From an uncultured bacterium (GTDB taxonomy: Bacteria > Hydrothermota > Hydrothermia > UBA1063 > CAJXJZ01), in NCBI GenBank assembly GCA_913055745.1, contig CAJXJZ010000001.1, positions 2,798 to 66,797 of the forward strand: 64,000 nt of DNA. The letters run 5' to 3'. Of the stretch, positions 1 through 10,267 are shown piece by piece; the first letter of the stretch is position 1, and each line of letters starts with the position of its first letter. Under the pieces are notes generated by a model that did not search any database, was not told where the DNA came from, and saw only the letters and a list, made by a program, of their open reading frames with translations. The position numbers and the translations under genes are program-made.

Positions 1-1089
1 ATTACCCTTGGCATTTTCTATAATCTTTCCTATCCTTCCCACCCTTTTTATGTGAGGTCTTTTATAATCAAAATGGTTTTCTACTCCATCTCTCCAAAAA
101 ACCTTTACATATACATCGCTTTCTTGTTCAAGAAATTGTTCAACCTTCATTTTAAACTCATCTATGGATACAGATGTAGCCAACGATAATCCGGCACGGT
201 ATAAAAGATTTAAATTCCTTTCTTTCTTATCAAGTTCTGTAATATCTTTCATGGTATGAACAAATAGATTATTCCCATAAACGCTTTTATGCTTAAAAAT
301 GGAAGCCTCATAAACTTTACCTTCTACTTTTATTTTTGCAGTAGCATTTTTCTTGCCCTCAATCAAGTTTTTGAGTGGGCAATTGTATGGCACCTCACCC
401 CTTTTTTCTACCAGTTCATAACACTTCAATCTTTCAACTTCCTCAGGACTTACACCAAACTCATCAAGAAAGAATTTATTGTATTCTTTAATATGGTAGT
501 CTCTGTCCACAATGAAGATTGGATAAGATATTGAATTTAAAATGTTTGTTTTCTCCTCGCGTTCCCTCTTTATATCTGCAACAAGTTCTGTATTTTCAAA
601 CGATTTTTCAAGTATTCTTGCAACCGCTTCAAGGAATGTCACCTCACTCTCAGAAAAATCCCCATCTTTTTCTATATAAAGCGCACCTTTTACCTCTTTT
701 TCAACCCAGAGTGGTACTATAAATGCATTCTCACCTGCATAACGCAACTCTTCCCGGGTTATGAAAAATTCAGGTTGCCTGCTTGAATTCTTAATAAGGG
801 TACTCTTCTTGCTCTTAAATACCTTCCACACAATACCCTTTCCCTCGGGAAGATTGAGAGCAGTATTAAGGAAGATTATTTGTTTAGTTTTTTGGTCTAT
901 ATACCCGGCGCGCAACCTCACAAGTTGATGCAAAATAGGGTCATAAACAAATACCCCTATGAGTTTCAAAGGCAACCTCTTCCCTGCAATTTCTATAAAT
1001 TTTTCTGACAATTCTTCCAACGACATACCCGGTGAAGTATTTAAAACGAAGTCGTAAATTAATTCATAATACGAACTATTTTTATCCAT
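1..1089 (-). CDS. GAF plus PAS domain sensor protein (C-terminal part runs off window start)
   Basis: Reverse-strand ATG at 1089..1087. The frame stays open to position 1, so the ORF track does not list it. The translation has a GAF-like fold pattern followed by a PAS-like block (ILNSISYPIFIVDRDYHIKEYNKFF). I did not check by eye for internal stops. Confidence 0.5.
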   Translation of the reverse strand, partial: MDKNSSYYELIYDFVLNTSPGMSLEELSEKFIEIAGKRLPLKLIGVFVYDPILHQLVRLRAGYIDQKTKQIIFLNTALNLPEGKGIVWKVFKSKKSTLIKNSSRQPEFFITREELRYAGENAFIVPLWVEKEVKGALYIEKDGDFSESEVTFLEAVARILEKSFENTELVADIKREREEKTNILNSISYPIFIVDRDYHIKEYNKFFLDEFGVSPEEVERLKCYELVEKRGEVPYNCPLKNLIEGKKNATAKIKVEGKVYEASIFKHKSVYGNNLFVHTMKDITELDKKERNLNLLYRAGLSLATSVSIDEFKMKVEQFLEQESDVYVKVFWRDGVENHFDYKRPHIKRVGRIGKIIENAKGN

Positions 1090-1177
1090 GCTTAAATTAT
1101 ATCGCAATACAATTGAAAAGGCAAGAAGTTGTATAAATTTTTGAAAATCAAGTAGTTGAAGAAAAAAATACGACTTG

Positions 1178-1206
1178 TTGACAGTACAAGATTTTTTATA
1201 TATAAT
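1178..1206 (+). promoter_or_regulatory. sigma70-type promoter for mpgS: TTGACA, 17 nt spacer, TATAAT
   Basis: TTGACA at 1178-1183, exactly 17 nt, then TATAAT at 1201-1206. ATG at 1214 follows with no Shine-Dalgarno, so the transcript is probably leaderless. Confidence 0.55.
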
Positions 1207-1213
1207 ATATAAT

Positions 1214-2404
1214 ATGATTATTGAGGCGCCTATCTACAAAGAGATTTATGGGGCTCTGAGAATTTTTGAGGTCCAGAAGGTTATAAAACTTGATACAGAG
1301 ACAGAGACGATTTCCAATAACTTTCTCTACAATATCCCCCGTGAAAAGATACAGAATCTCATGCGTGACCTTGCAATTGTAGTTCCATTAAAAGACGAAC
1401 TCCTTATAACACTTGATGGGGTCCTAAAAGCCATACCTCATAAGTGTCCTATTATTATTGTGTCAAACAGTCAGAGAGAGTCTCCAAACCATTTCAGACA
1501 AGAGGCTGACTTAATTAAACATTTCGCCACGCTGACAAATTCTAATGTAATGTTAATACATCAAAAGGACAATGGACTTGCAAAGGCATTTGAAAAAACA
1601 GGTTATCATGCTATCTTAGACAAAGACGGGTACATACGAGACGGCAAGGGAGAGGGTATGATAATAGGGCTTATGCTATCAAAGATGATAGGTGCAAAAT
1701 ATGTTGGATTTGTTGATGCAGACAACTATGTACCTGGTGCTGTAAATGAGTATGTAAAAGACTATGCCGCAGGCTTTGTAATGAGAGAAACTCCCTATAT
1801 AATGGTACGGCTTCATTGGAGACACAAACCCAAAATAATAAAGAAAAAGATTTACTTTAGAAAGTGGGGAAGAGTTAGCGAAGTTACAAACAAAATGCTG
1901 AACCTTTTGCTTGGTACTATCACACGATTTGAGACAAACATCATTGCCACAGGGAACGCAGGTGAACATGCACTTAGTATGAAACTCGCAGAGCATATAG
2001 CATTTTCAACAGGTTATTCTGTAGAGCCCTATGAACTTATCTACCTTCTTGAAAAATTTACTAATGGTAAAAAAGAAAAGAAAGATGCAATGGATATCTA
2101 CGATAAAGGCATAGATATACTCCAGATAGAAACTCTAAATCCACACTTTCATGAGGAAAAGGGACAGGAGCATATAAGAGATATGCTTCTTTCCTCTATG
2201 TCTGTTATTTATAATAGCGCGTTGGCCAACGATGAATTGAGAGATATTATCAAGCGTGAACTTAAAAATCATGGAGTGAGAATAAAAGAGGGGGATATCA
2301 AACAACCACATGTCCTGCCCTCCATCAGTAACATAGACTTTAATACCTGGAAGGAAACTCTCCTTTCAAACACAAAAACGCTTCTGGTTTTTGAAAGAAA
2401 TTAA
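1214..2404 (+). CDS. mpgS: mannosyl-3-phosphoglycerate synthase (GT55)
   Basis: Strong recalled similarity to archaeal and Thermus MpgS. Shared blocks include [62 protein letters not shown] and [10 protein letters not shown]. The track start at TTG 1175 lies inside the promoter, so the start is moved to ATG 1214. Confidence 0.8.
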   Translation: MIIEAPIYKEIYGALRIFEVQKVIKLDTETETISNNFLYNIPREKIQNLMRDLAIVVPLKDELLITLDGVLKAIPHKCPIIIVSNSQRESPNHFRQEADLIKHFATLTNSNVMLIHQKDNGLAKAFEKTGYHAILDKDGYIRDGKGEGMIIGLMLSKMIGAKYVGFVDADNYVPGAVNEYVKDYAAGFVMRETPYIMVRLHWRHKPKIIKKKIYFRKWGRVSEVTNKMLNLLLGTITRFETNIIATGNAGEHALSMKLAEHIAFSTGYSVEPYELIYLLEKFTNGKKEKKDAMDIYDKGIDILQIETLNPHFHEEKGQEHIRDMLLSSMSVIYNSALANDELRDIIKRELKNHGVRIKEGDIKQPHVLPSISNIDFNTWKETLLSNTKTLLVFERN

Positions 2405-3131
2405 TCTTCTTTTCACCGATTTAGACTCAACCATTCTTGATGAAAACTATAGTTTTAAGGAATCTGCCATTGAGACCTTACAAAATGCTTATTCAAAAAA
2501 TTTTGTAATCGTATTTACATCATCAAAGACATTTAAGGAAGAACAGCATTTTGCTATAAAACTCGGAATACCAATAATTTACACAGTTGAGAATGGTTCT
2601 GCAATTTATATACCTGAAAATGTATTTGAAAAAAAATCTTCGAAAATGGGGTGTCGAAAAATTGTATTATCTTCACTATCAATAACTTATATAAGAAAAA
2701 TACTTTTCAGGTTGCAAGATATATATTCTGATTTAAAATTCTACGAAAACTCATCGCTCGATGAAATAGAGAAATTTACAGGACTTTCACCCCACCTCGC
2801 AAAACTTGCAAAGATGCGCGAATATACAGAAACCATCTTTAAAGGATACTCTAACAGGGTAGAAGAAGATCTGATATCTAATGGTATTTTTCCACAAAAA
2901 GGGAGCAGATTTGTTACCATAGGAGATAGAACGGATAAGGGAAAGGCGGCAAAAAAACTCATGTCATTTTTCAAAAACAATGGTTATATTATAAAAAGAA
3001 CCATAGGTATTGGCGATGGGCCAAATGACATCTCCCTCCTTAAGGCTATGAATGAACCATACATCATAGGAGACAAAATTACACTTGAACGTGCCAGAGT
3101 TATTGAACATTTTAGTGAAATACACATATAA
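2391..3131 (+). CDS. mpgP: mannosyl-3-phosphoglycerate phosphatase (HAD-IIB)
   Basis: HAD motif I FTDLDST at residues 8-14 and motif IV GDGPND. The gene overlaps the mpgS stop, so the two are translationally coupled. Confidence 0.75.
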   Translation: MKEINLLFTDLDSTILDENYSFKESAIETLQNAYSKNFVIVFTSSKTFKEEQHFAIKLGIPIIYTVENGSAIYIPENVFEKKSSKMGCRKIVLSSLSITYIRKILFRLQDIYSDLKFYENSSLDEIEKFTGLSPHLAKLAKMREYTETIFKGYSNRVEEDLISNGIFPQKGSRFVTIGDRTDKGKAAKKLMSFFKNNGYIIKRTIGIGDGPNDISLLKAMNEPYIIGDKITLERARVIEHFSEIHI

Positions 3132-3198
3132 AGGCTATATTTTGTAGTGCATAAGTATTGCCGTATAATCTATATATAATTAAAACAAAGGAGATATT

Positions 3199-3675
3199 AT
3201 GAAAGTAGAAAAGGATACGGTAGTGGTCATGAACTATGTCCTAAAGGACAAAGAAACAGGTGATATCATTGATAAAAGTGAATATCATGGAGGACCTATT
3301 GCGTTTCTTGTAGGCGCAAAAAACATTATACCAGGACTTGAAGACAGAATGATGGGTATGGAAGAGGGAGAAAAGAAAACAATAGATGTGCCAAGTAGTG
3401 AGGCTTATGGAGATTGGGATGAAAATCTTGTGCAGAGGATACCACGTGAGTATTTTAAAAACATCCCAAATATTGAGAAGGGCATGCCCATTCAAGGCCA
3501 AACAGAAGATGGTCAAGTAATAGAAATGGTCATTATAGACTTTGATGATAACGAAGTAACTGTTGATATGAATCACCCATTAGCAGGTAGGGACCTCGTG
3601 TTTGAGGTTGAAGTCGTTAAAGTAAGAGAGGCAACAGAGGAAGAAATAGCACACGGACATGTGCATACAAGCTGA
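3199..3675 (+). CDS. slyD: FKBP-type peptidyl-prolyl cis-trans isomerase (SlyD-like)
   Basis: FKBP domain with an insert-in-flap region and a His-rich tail (AHGHVHTS). The RBS AAAGGAG sits upstream. Confidence 0.8.
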   Translation: MKVEKDTVVVMNYVLKDKETGDIIDKSEYHGGPIAFLVGAKNIIPGLEDRMMGMEEGEKKTIDVPSSEAYGDWDENLVQRIPREYFKNIPNIEKGMPIQGQTEDGQVIEMVIIDFDDNEVTVDMNHPLAGRDLVFEVEVVKVREATEEEIAHGHVHTS

Positions 3676-3692
3676 TAAAACCTCTATCTGCA

Positions 3693-4106
3693 GTGAAAAG
3701 AGGTGTTAAAAATCAGATAGTTAAGTTATTAAAGGAAAGGCCAGGATGGCATCCCACTGCACGCATTATTTACGAACACCTAAAAGGAAAAATGCCTGGC
3801 CTTGCCTTTTCATCTGTTTATAGGGCACTTTTAGCATTAAGTAGTGAAAAGAAGATAAGAGGCTTTACCTTAGATTCTGAAGATGAAAAGAGATATGAAA
3901 TTTATACAAAATCCCATCCACACTTTAAATGCACTGAATGTGGAAGGGTTTATGATATTGATATAGATATAAACCTTGCCTTTAAAGAATTGGTTGAGGT
4001 ACACACGGGACACATTGTTAAAGATGTTCATATAACCTACTTTGGAATATGCAATGAGTGCCTTCGTAAAAAGGTCAAGAAAATTGTAAAAGACAATGAT
4101 GTATAG
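3693..4106 (+). CDS. fur: Fur family transcriptional regulator
   Basis: Winged-helix N-terminus, HxH, and two CxxC pairs (CTECGRV and CNEC). The size is typical for Fur/Zur/PerR. Confidence 0.8.
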   Translation: MKRGVKNQIVKLLKERPGWHPTARIIYEHLKGKMPGLAFSSVYRALLALSSEKKIRGFTLDSEDEKRYEIYTKSHPHFKCTECGRVYDIDIDINLAFKELVEVHTGHIVKDVHITYFGICNECLRKKVKKIVKDNDV

Positions 4107-5322
4107 TCTTCTATCTCTTATAATACTTATTTTACCGTCTACGCCCAATATTCAAGTATATTTTGAGGAAGATACGCTCTCAAAAAAACTTGCATACTTT
4201 ATATCAAATGCCCAATATAGCCTTGATATATGTTTTCATCAATTCTATGATTATGAGGTCATAGACAGCACCCTAAGTGCCTGGAACAGGGGGGTTAAAG
4301 TAAGGGTTATAACAGAACATGACTATATTAACTATAACGGTACACAGGAACTGGAAGATGCAGGGATTCCTGTTATAGATGAAGGCATTGGTGGAAATTC
4401 TACAGATCATAGGATGCACAACAAGTTTATAATAAGAGACTTCAGAGATCAGGATACAACCAATAATGCTGTGTGGGTTGGAAGTTTCAATGCATCAGGC
4501 TACACACATGCAGACAATGCAATACTGGTTAAAAGCTATGCATTGAGCCGTATCTTTGAGGCAGAGTTCAACCAGATGTGGGGCGATACAGGCGATACGC
4601 CAAATGGTGTATATGCACTTACAGGCAGCAACAAACACGATGAATGCCCTTTTCATCAAGTTAATGTGGATGGCACTCTACTTGAGGCCTACTTTTCACC
4701 CTATAACAGGATACAAAACCATATTCTTGACTACATTAACCTTGCGCAATCTGAGATTGATTTTTTGATGTTCACTTTTACAAACTATGCTATTTATGAT
4801 GCCATGGGCATGAGATTTATGAATGACAGTGTTATGGTTTACGGGGTACTGGATTATGATTTGGAACATGATTGGAATAGGGATGCCTATAATTACTTTA
4901 ACCAGCATAATATACCAGTGGTATGGGACAATTACGATTCTGGACATGGTTCTTTATTACATGATAAGGTTATGATTGTGGACGATTCCATTGTTTTTAT
5001 GGGGTCTTACAATTTCACACTCCGAGCCGATACTTCTAATGATGAATCCTGCGTAATTATCCACTCTCCGGAGATTGCCACTTTGTATAAAAATGAGTTT
5101 ACAAAGCTGTATTATGAAGAAGTCAATGAACAATCACCACACAATCTGTGCCGAAATAAACCAGTCATTTTGAAAAGCAATGACCTATTAAGACTATTGC
5201 AACATAAGAGTTTTACCATTCTCCGTCCAGATGGTAGTATAATACATAACCTGTACAATATAAAAGGTGTGGTGTTTTTAAAAAGTGATAAAACATGGCA
5301 AAAACTCCTGATAATAAGATAA
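4096..5322 (+). CDS. secreted phospholipase D family protein with two HKD motifs
   Basis: N-terminal signal peptide. Two HxK(x4)D motifs: HNKFIIRD and HDKVMIVDD. Confidence 0.7.
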   Translation: MMYSLLSLIILILPSTPNIQVYFEEDTLSKKLAYFISNAQYSLDICFHQFYDYEVIDSTLSAWNRGVKVRVITEHDYINYNGTQELEDAGIPVIDEGIGGNSTDHRMHNKFIIRDFRDQDTTNNAVWVGSFNASGYTHADNAILVKSYALSRIFEAEFNQMWGDTGDTPNGVYALTGSNKHDECPFHQVNVDGTLLEAYFSPYNRIQNHILDYINLAQSEIDFLMFTFTNYAIYDAMGMRFMNDSVMVYGVLDYDLEHDWNRDAYNYFNQHNIPVVWDNYDSGHGSLLHDKVMIVDDSIVFMGSYNFTLRADTSNDESCVIIHSPEIATLYKNEFTKLYYEEVNEQSPHNLCRNKPVILKSNDLLRLLQHKSFTILRPDGSIIHNLYNIKGVVFLKSDKTWQKLLIIR

Positions 5323-5762
5323 AAACCGTGTTTGAGATATCTGCTGGTGGAGTTGTTTTTAAAAAAGAAGATGCAAACATTTTTGTTTTACTCATTGCTG
5401 TAAAAAACAGTACTGTATGGACACTCCCTAAGGGGCTCGTAGAAAAGGGAGAGGATACAAAAAGGGCCGCAATAAGAGAGGTAAAAGAGGAAACAGGTTG
5501 CACTGGTGAGATAATAGACTTCATAGACAAGGTGGATATATGGTTCTACCTGAAAGAAAAAAATGAAAACACACGCCACCATAAACTTATATACTATTAC
5601 CTCATAAAATACAGAGAAGGGAGCCCCAAGGATCACGATTTTGAGGTAGATGATGTAAAATGGTTCTTGATAGATGAGGCAATAGAGAAGGCCACTTACA
5701 AGAGGGATAGATTGATACTCAAAAAGGCAAAGGATATAATTTATGAAAAGCCTAACACATAA
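5295..5762 (+). CDS. NUDIX hydrolase
   Basis: Nudix box GLVEKGEDTKRAAIREVKEETGC. Confidence 0.8.
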   Translation: MAKTPDNKIKTVFEISAGGVVFKKEDANIFVLLIAVKNSTVWTLPKGLVEKGEDTKRAAIREVKEETGCTGEIIDFIDKVDIWFYLKEKNENTRHHKLIYYYLIKYREGSPKDHDFEVDDVKWFLIDEAIEKATYKRDRLILKKAKDIIYEKPNT

Positions 5763-7098
5763 ACTACTCAGCATTACACGGGCATTGTCAGAGGTCTTTG
5801 AAAGGTCTGATAATCCTGATGAAATCCTATATGCACTGCTTTCTGCAATAACAGCCGGTGAATCTCTTGGTTTTAACAGGGCATTTGCTATGCTTTTTGA
5901 TGAAAATGGCAATCTTTTCGGCTATATGGCTACAGGACCCATATCCCATGAAGAAGCAGACCACATCTGGAAGGATATTGAGGCAAAGAAACTTACACTC
6001 TGGGAAATAATAAACTCATACTCTGTGGAATTAGTAGAAGAGCAGAGAAGGAAATTCTCCCATATACTTGAACATTTAAACTGCAAAAGAGAGGAAATTG
6101 AAAAACCTGATTGTGTTATCGGTAAAGCCCTAAATAAACAAGATGCCACTTTAATAAAAACAAGCGAAATCCACCCATTACCAGAGTATTTAAAGGTCCT
6201 TGGCTCAGAAGAGATTGCAATTGTACCGCTTACAGTTGGAAAAAAGCGGTTTGGTGTAATAATGGCAGATAATTTCATAACAAAACGCTCCATTTCAAAT
6301 ACCACCCTCATTATCTTAGAGAGTTTTGCACTACAGGCATCAACTGCACTATCCAAGGCTTTTTATGTAAGGGAATTAGAAAAGAAAATAAAAACTATTC
6401 AGGAGTATCATAAACGTGCCCTTGAGTTAGAAAAAGCAGCAAGCATTGGCGACCTCGTTTATCACTTAGCCCATGAATTTAAAAACTCTATTTTGGTTAT
6501 TGGAGGGCTTGCAAAAGCAATGAAAGACGATACGCCAGAGGAAGACCCCAGATATCCTTTTGTCCATGCAATTGTAGAGGAAGCGGGCAAACTGGATAGG
6601 TTGCTAACAGCCACCATTAAAGGCTTAAGACAGAACGCCTTTATAAAAAGAGAGAAGGTTGATTTAATTAACCTAATTCAAGAGAAAATACAAAACTTAA
6701 CAGAATATGCAAACGCACATAATGTTAACATTCAATTTAATAGCCCAATTACGCAACTTTTTCTTAATCTCCCAAAAGAACCTTTCTGTGACCTTATAGA
6801 AAACCTACTTACAAATGCCATTGATGCCATGCCAAATGGAGGCACTATATGGGTGTGGGTTGAAAAAGAGAAGAGATATATAAATGTCTATTTTAAAGAC
6901 AACGGCACAGGCATACCAAGAGAACTCCAATCTAAGATCTTTGACCCATTTTTTACAACCAAAGAAAAGGGCTCTGGTCTTGGGCTCTATAATGTGAGGC
7001 AGATATTAAGGAGCATTGGTGGGAATATTGAACTTGTAGAATCAATACCCCACAGGGGAACCACATTTAAAATATATCTACCCTCTGTAATACCATGA
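5743..7098 (+). CDS. GAF domain sensor histidine kinase (orphan, no response regulator adjacent)
   Basis: N-terminal GAF-like domain. HisKA H-box HEFKNSI. HATPase N box (NLLTNAIDAM), G1 (DNGTGI) and G2 (GSGLGL). Confidence 0.8.
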   Translation: MKSLTHKLLSITRALSEVFERSDNPDEILYALLSAITAGESLGFNRAFAMLFDENGNLFGYMATGPISHEEADHIWKDIEAKKLTLWEIINSYSVELVEEQRRKFSHILEHLNCKREEIEKPDCVIGKALNKQDATLIKTSEIHPLPEYLKVLGSEEIAIVPLTVGKKRFGVIMADNFITKRSISNTTLIILESFALQASTALSKAFYVRELEKKIKTIQEYHKRALELEKAASIGDLVYHLAHEFKNSILVIGGLAKAMKDDTPEEDPRYPFVHAIVEEAGKLDRLLTATIKGLRQNAFIKREKVDLINLIQEKIQNLTEYANAHNVNIQFNSPITQLFLNLPKEPFCDLIENLLTNAIDAMPNGGTIWVWVEKEKRYINVYFKDNGTGIPRELQSKIFDPFFTTKEKGSGLGLYNVRQILRSIGGNIELVESIPHRGTTFKIYLPSVIP

Positions 7099-8366
7099 AA
7101 GGCTTTGAGCATCCTATAATAAAGACAAGTATTCCAGGAAAACTCTCAAGAGGATGGGTAAAAAGGATGCAGGATGTGGAAGCACCGAATATTACTTACA
7201 CTGATAAGGACTTCCCTGTTTTTATTAAATCTGCCTTTTTAAACAATGTGTGGGATGTAGATGGAAACATGTTTTTAGACCTCACATCTTTTTTTGGTGT
7301 TGCGTCCATTGGGCATCGCCATCCCAAAGTGCAAAAGATTGTAAAAGAACTTGACATCTACCATGGTATGGGGGATGTACATCCCACGCCTTACAAGGTA
7401 ATGCTTCTTGAGAAACTGAATGCCCTTTTGGGTGGCGGGTTTATGGGGATCTTTGCTCAATCTGGTAGTGAGGCTGTAGAAACATGTATAAAGACACAGA
7501 TGCTTTACACACACAAGCCCAAAATCGTAGTATTTGAAGACGCATATCATGGCCTGGGGTTTGGTGCCATGAATCTTACACAGAGGAAGTATTTTAAAGA
7601 GGGTCTTGAACCATACACAGGACAGTGGGTCTATACCCTACCCTTTTTAGAAAACAACGAAGAGCAGATGCTAAACAATCTAATTCGCCTTTTAGAAGAT
7701 AAAAAAGACATAGGCATGGTTTTTCTTGAGCCTATACAGGGACGAGGTGGTATCAGGATATTTTCCAACCGCTTTCTAAAAAATTTAAGGACGCTTACAA
7801 AGGATTTTTCCGTTCTTCTTGGTTTTGATGAGATATTTACAGGTTCGTACAGAACAGGATATATATCTTATGCAAAAGCTATGGGGATTGATTTTGACCT
7901 TATAACACTTGGAAAAGGCCTTTCATCACAATTTCCTCTTTCTGTATGCATGGGAAAGAGAAAGATAATGGAAATAGCATGGCCAAAAAGCCGAGGTGAG
8001 GCAAAACATACCTACACCTTCTTAGGGCATCCCCTATTTACCCGCGTAGGTCTCGCGGTACTTGATATTATAGAGCAGGAAAAACTCCATGAAAAGGTAA
8101 GAAGAAAGGGCAAAGAATACATTGATATGCTGAAAGAGGTACTTAAAAACAAAAAAGGCATAAAAGACATACGAGGCGCGGGATTTATGATAGGCATAGA
8201 GTTTGAATACAATATCTTTGAACTGGTAAAAAAACTATTAAAAAAAGGCTATATTACACTACCTGCAGGTAATAAGGGTCATGTCCTTGAGATTATACCA
8301 ACATTCTATATAACAGACGAACTATTTACAAGATTCGTGGAGGTACTTGATGGAGTTATTGAATGA
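7095..8366 (+). CDS. class III pyridoxal-phosphate aminotransferase (omega-transaminase type)
   Basis: Motifs GSEAVE, DEIFTGSYRTG and the PLP-lysine region TLGKGLSS. There is an ATGA overlap with the upstream kinase stop. Confidence 0.85.
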   Translation: MKGFEHPIIKTSIPGKLSRGWVKRMQDVEAPNITYTDKDFPVFIKSAFLNNVWDVDGNMFLDLTSFFGVASIGHRHPKVQKIVKELDIYHGMGDVHPTPYKVMLLEKLNALLGGGFMGIFAQSGSEAVETCIKTQMLYTHKPKIVVFEDAYHGLGFGAMNLTQRKYFKEGLEPYTGQWVYTLPFLENNEEQMLNNLIRLLEDKKDIGMVFLEPIQGRGGIRIFSNRFLKNLRTLTKDFSVLLGFDEIFTGSYRTGYISYAKAMGIDFDLITLGKGLSSQFPLSVCMGKRKIMEIAWPKSRGEAKHTYTFLGHPLFTRVGLAVLDIIEQEKLHEKVRRKGKEYIDMLKEVLKNKKGIKDIRGAGFMIGIEFEYNIFELVKKLLKKGYITLPAGNKGHVLEIIPTFYITDELFTRFVEVLDGVIE

Positions 8367-9237
8367 GGTAAAAGACTATATTAAAAACGGTACAGCATTT
8401 GATGAAGGACTTGCACTTAAGATTGTTGAATATCAAGCAGAAACAATCAGGCCTTATGGAGAATTTCTTAAAAAACAAACAGGTAAAACACATTTTAAAA
8501 GTATCTCTGAGGTTCCTCCATTTCCAGTTGATTTTTTCAAGATAGCAGAACTCTTTGCTTTAAAGGAACATAAAGGATATTTTGAATCATCTGGAACCCA
8601 GGGGACAAAGAGCAGGGTTTATTACAACGATACAAGTCTATCCCTGTACAGAGTTTCGTCTATTGTATCCTATCCATTAAAACAAAGGCCCATAAAAACG
8701 CCTTTGGACATGTCAAAAGTAAAGACTTCCTCCCTTGCTTTTATGGTAAACCATTTTATAGAAACATTTGGAGGAAAGACTATAACAAACATATATGAAG
8801 AGGTACAGGAAGGCGACGTGCTATTCCTTACAGCAATACAACTGTATAATTTCTTACAAACCGCAAAAAAAACCTTTCTTAAAAGGATATACATCGTTGA
8901 AACAGGAGGATATAAAAGATTTAAAAGAGCATACAATAGATTTAAACTCTACGCTTTAGCGAAAAACGTATTCAAGAACGCTGATTTTTATACAGAGTAT
9001 GGGATGACCGAACTCTTCTCACAGTTTTATGCAGACCAGGGGCATCCATTTAGAGAAAAGCATTATTTAAAGGTAATGGAGCACAGCTTCGGGTATTTAA
9101 AGGTCTTTGATTTTGCCAATCTCTTTCACATATCCTATATTGTTGTGCCTGATATAATAGATTGGAAAAAAGACGGATTTGAGTATATAAAAAGGGATGT
9201 AGAGGATGAAAGGGGATGTAGTTATACTTTTGGATAA
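8347..9237 (+). CDS. LuxE-like acyl-protein synthetase / acyl-adenylating enzyme
   Basis: FESSGTQGTKSRV matches the LuxE FTSSGTNGLKSQ adenylation motif. VPPFPVDFFK and ETGGYKRF match LuxE IPVFPTSVFK and TGGGWKS. At 296 aa it is shorter than the canonical 370 aa. Confidence 0.6.
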   Translation: MMELLNEVKDYIKNGTAFDEGLALKIVEYQAETIRPYGEFLKKQTGKTHFKSISEVPPFPVDFFKIAELFALKEHKGYFESSGTQGTKSRVYYNDTSLSLYRVSSIVSYPLKQRPIKTPLDMSKVKTSSLAFMVNHFIETFGGKTITNIYEEVQEGDVLFLTAIQLYNFLQTAKKTFLKRIYIVETGGYKRFKRAYNRFKLYALAKNVFKNADFYTEYGMTELFSQFYADQGHPFREKHYLKVMEHSFGYLKVFDFANLFHISYIVVPDIIDWKKDGFEYIKRDVEDERGCSYTFG

Positions 9238-10267
9238 ACTCAAAGATGCCTTATTAAGATTTACAGAGGAACTTGATTTAGAAAAAGATACCGATATACA
9301 CTATGGCGATTATTTAAAAGACCTTTTGATACATACAGCAAATAATTATCAAAAACTAACAAAAGACCTTACCTCTCATCTTAAGATGCCATATAAAACA
9401 CTATATGCAATGCTCCCTGGTAATGTACCAATGGTGTTTTTTGAGGTTTTGCCCTTAAGCATTATATACAATATAAAGGCCTTTTTTAAATATCCCAGGG
9501 TTGAAAGATCGCTGTATGCTAAATTTTTGCAATACCTTTCTTTAAATTATCCCAAGTTAAAAACATACTATAATGGTGCATATCTTCCCCATAATGAGGC
9601 AGAAAAAAGGATTTCAAGGTTTGACTTCGTATTTTTCTTCGGCTCAGAAAAACTTATACCCCTTCTAAAGAGGACAAAAACACCTTTCAGATTCTTTGGG
9701 CCAGGATTTTCCATAGGCATTGCATTACAGGATGTCTATGAAGACTTTATTAAAGATGTTCTATATTTTGACCAGAGAGGCTGCTTGTCCATGAAGTTTT
9801 TGTTCTATACCAATGATACAATAAAGCAACATGTAATAGATATAACAAAGAAGTTTGCAGATAAAATTCCTATAACCTCTATTTTTTCGCAGGATAGATT
9901 TACATACCGCATATTATTTGCATCTTCTTACATGGATGTGCTATTGAAACACAAAAACACTGCTATCTTAGAAACAAAAGACGATGTTTTTCGTGATATT
10001 CCTTTGCCAGATAGGACATTGATATTAAAGAAGATTAAACGAGAAGAGGATATAATAAGGTTTTTGGGCAAAAAAATTGCCAATTTACAGGCAATAGCAA
10101 CAGACAATCCCACAAAATTGCGACTATTAAAAGAGAAGGCCTCTTTCATAACCTATTTTGGGAGATTGCAGTTTGAGCCATATAATTTTTTCTTTAAAAA
10201 AGGAGTGACGCTTAAAAACATATTTCAGGAGGTAGAGAATGATTATCAAATGGCAAAAAACCTTTGA
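9206..10267 (+). CDS. LuxC-like acyl-CoA (acyl-protein) reductase
   Basis: YFDQRGCLS matches the LuxC catalytic-cysteine block FYDQRACFS. It overlaps the upstream gene by 32 nt in another frame. At 353 aa it is shorter than the canonical 480 aa. Confidence 0.55.
   Translation: MKGDVVILLDKLKDALLRFTEELDLEKDTDIHYGDYLKDLLIHTANNYQKLTKDLTSHLKMPYKTLYAMLPGNVPMVFFEVLPLSIIYNIKAFFKYPRVERSLYAKFLQYLSLNYPKLKTYYNGAYLPHNEAEKRISRFDFVFFFGSEKLIPLLKRTKTPFRFFGPGFSIGIALQDVYEDFIKDVLYFDQRGCLSMKFLFYTNDTIKQHVIDITKKFADKIPITSIFSQDRFTYRILFASSYMDVLLKHKNTAILETKDDVFRDIPLPDRTLILKKIKREEDIIRFLGKKIANLQAIATDNPTKLRLLKEKASFITYFGRLQFEPYNFFFKKGVTLKNIFQEVENDYQMAKNL

Noticed and set aside
289-722. Two plus-strand ORFs (81 and 67 aa) at the window start
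   Set aside because: Their composition is low-complexity and hydrophobic. They lie antisense to the long open GAF/PAS sensor frame on the minus strand, so they are most likely spurious.
1679-4148. Minus-strand ORFs 1679..1996, 2741..2980, 3241..3576 and 3870..4148, nested in mpgS, mpgP, slyD and fur
   Set aside because: They are antisense shadows within well-supported genes. They have no RBS and no conserved motifs.
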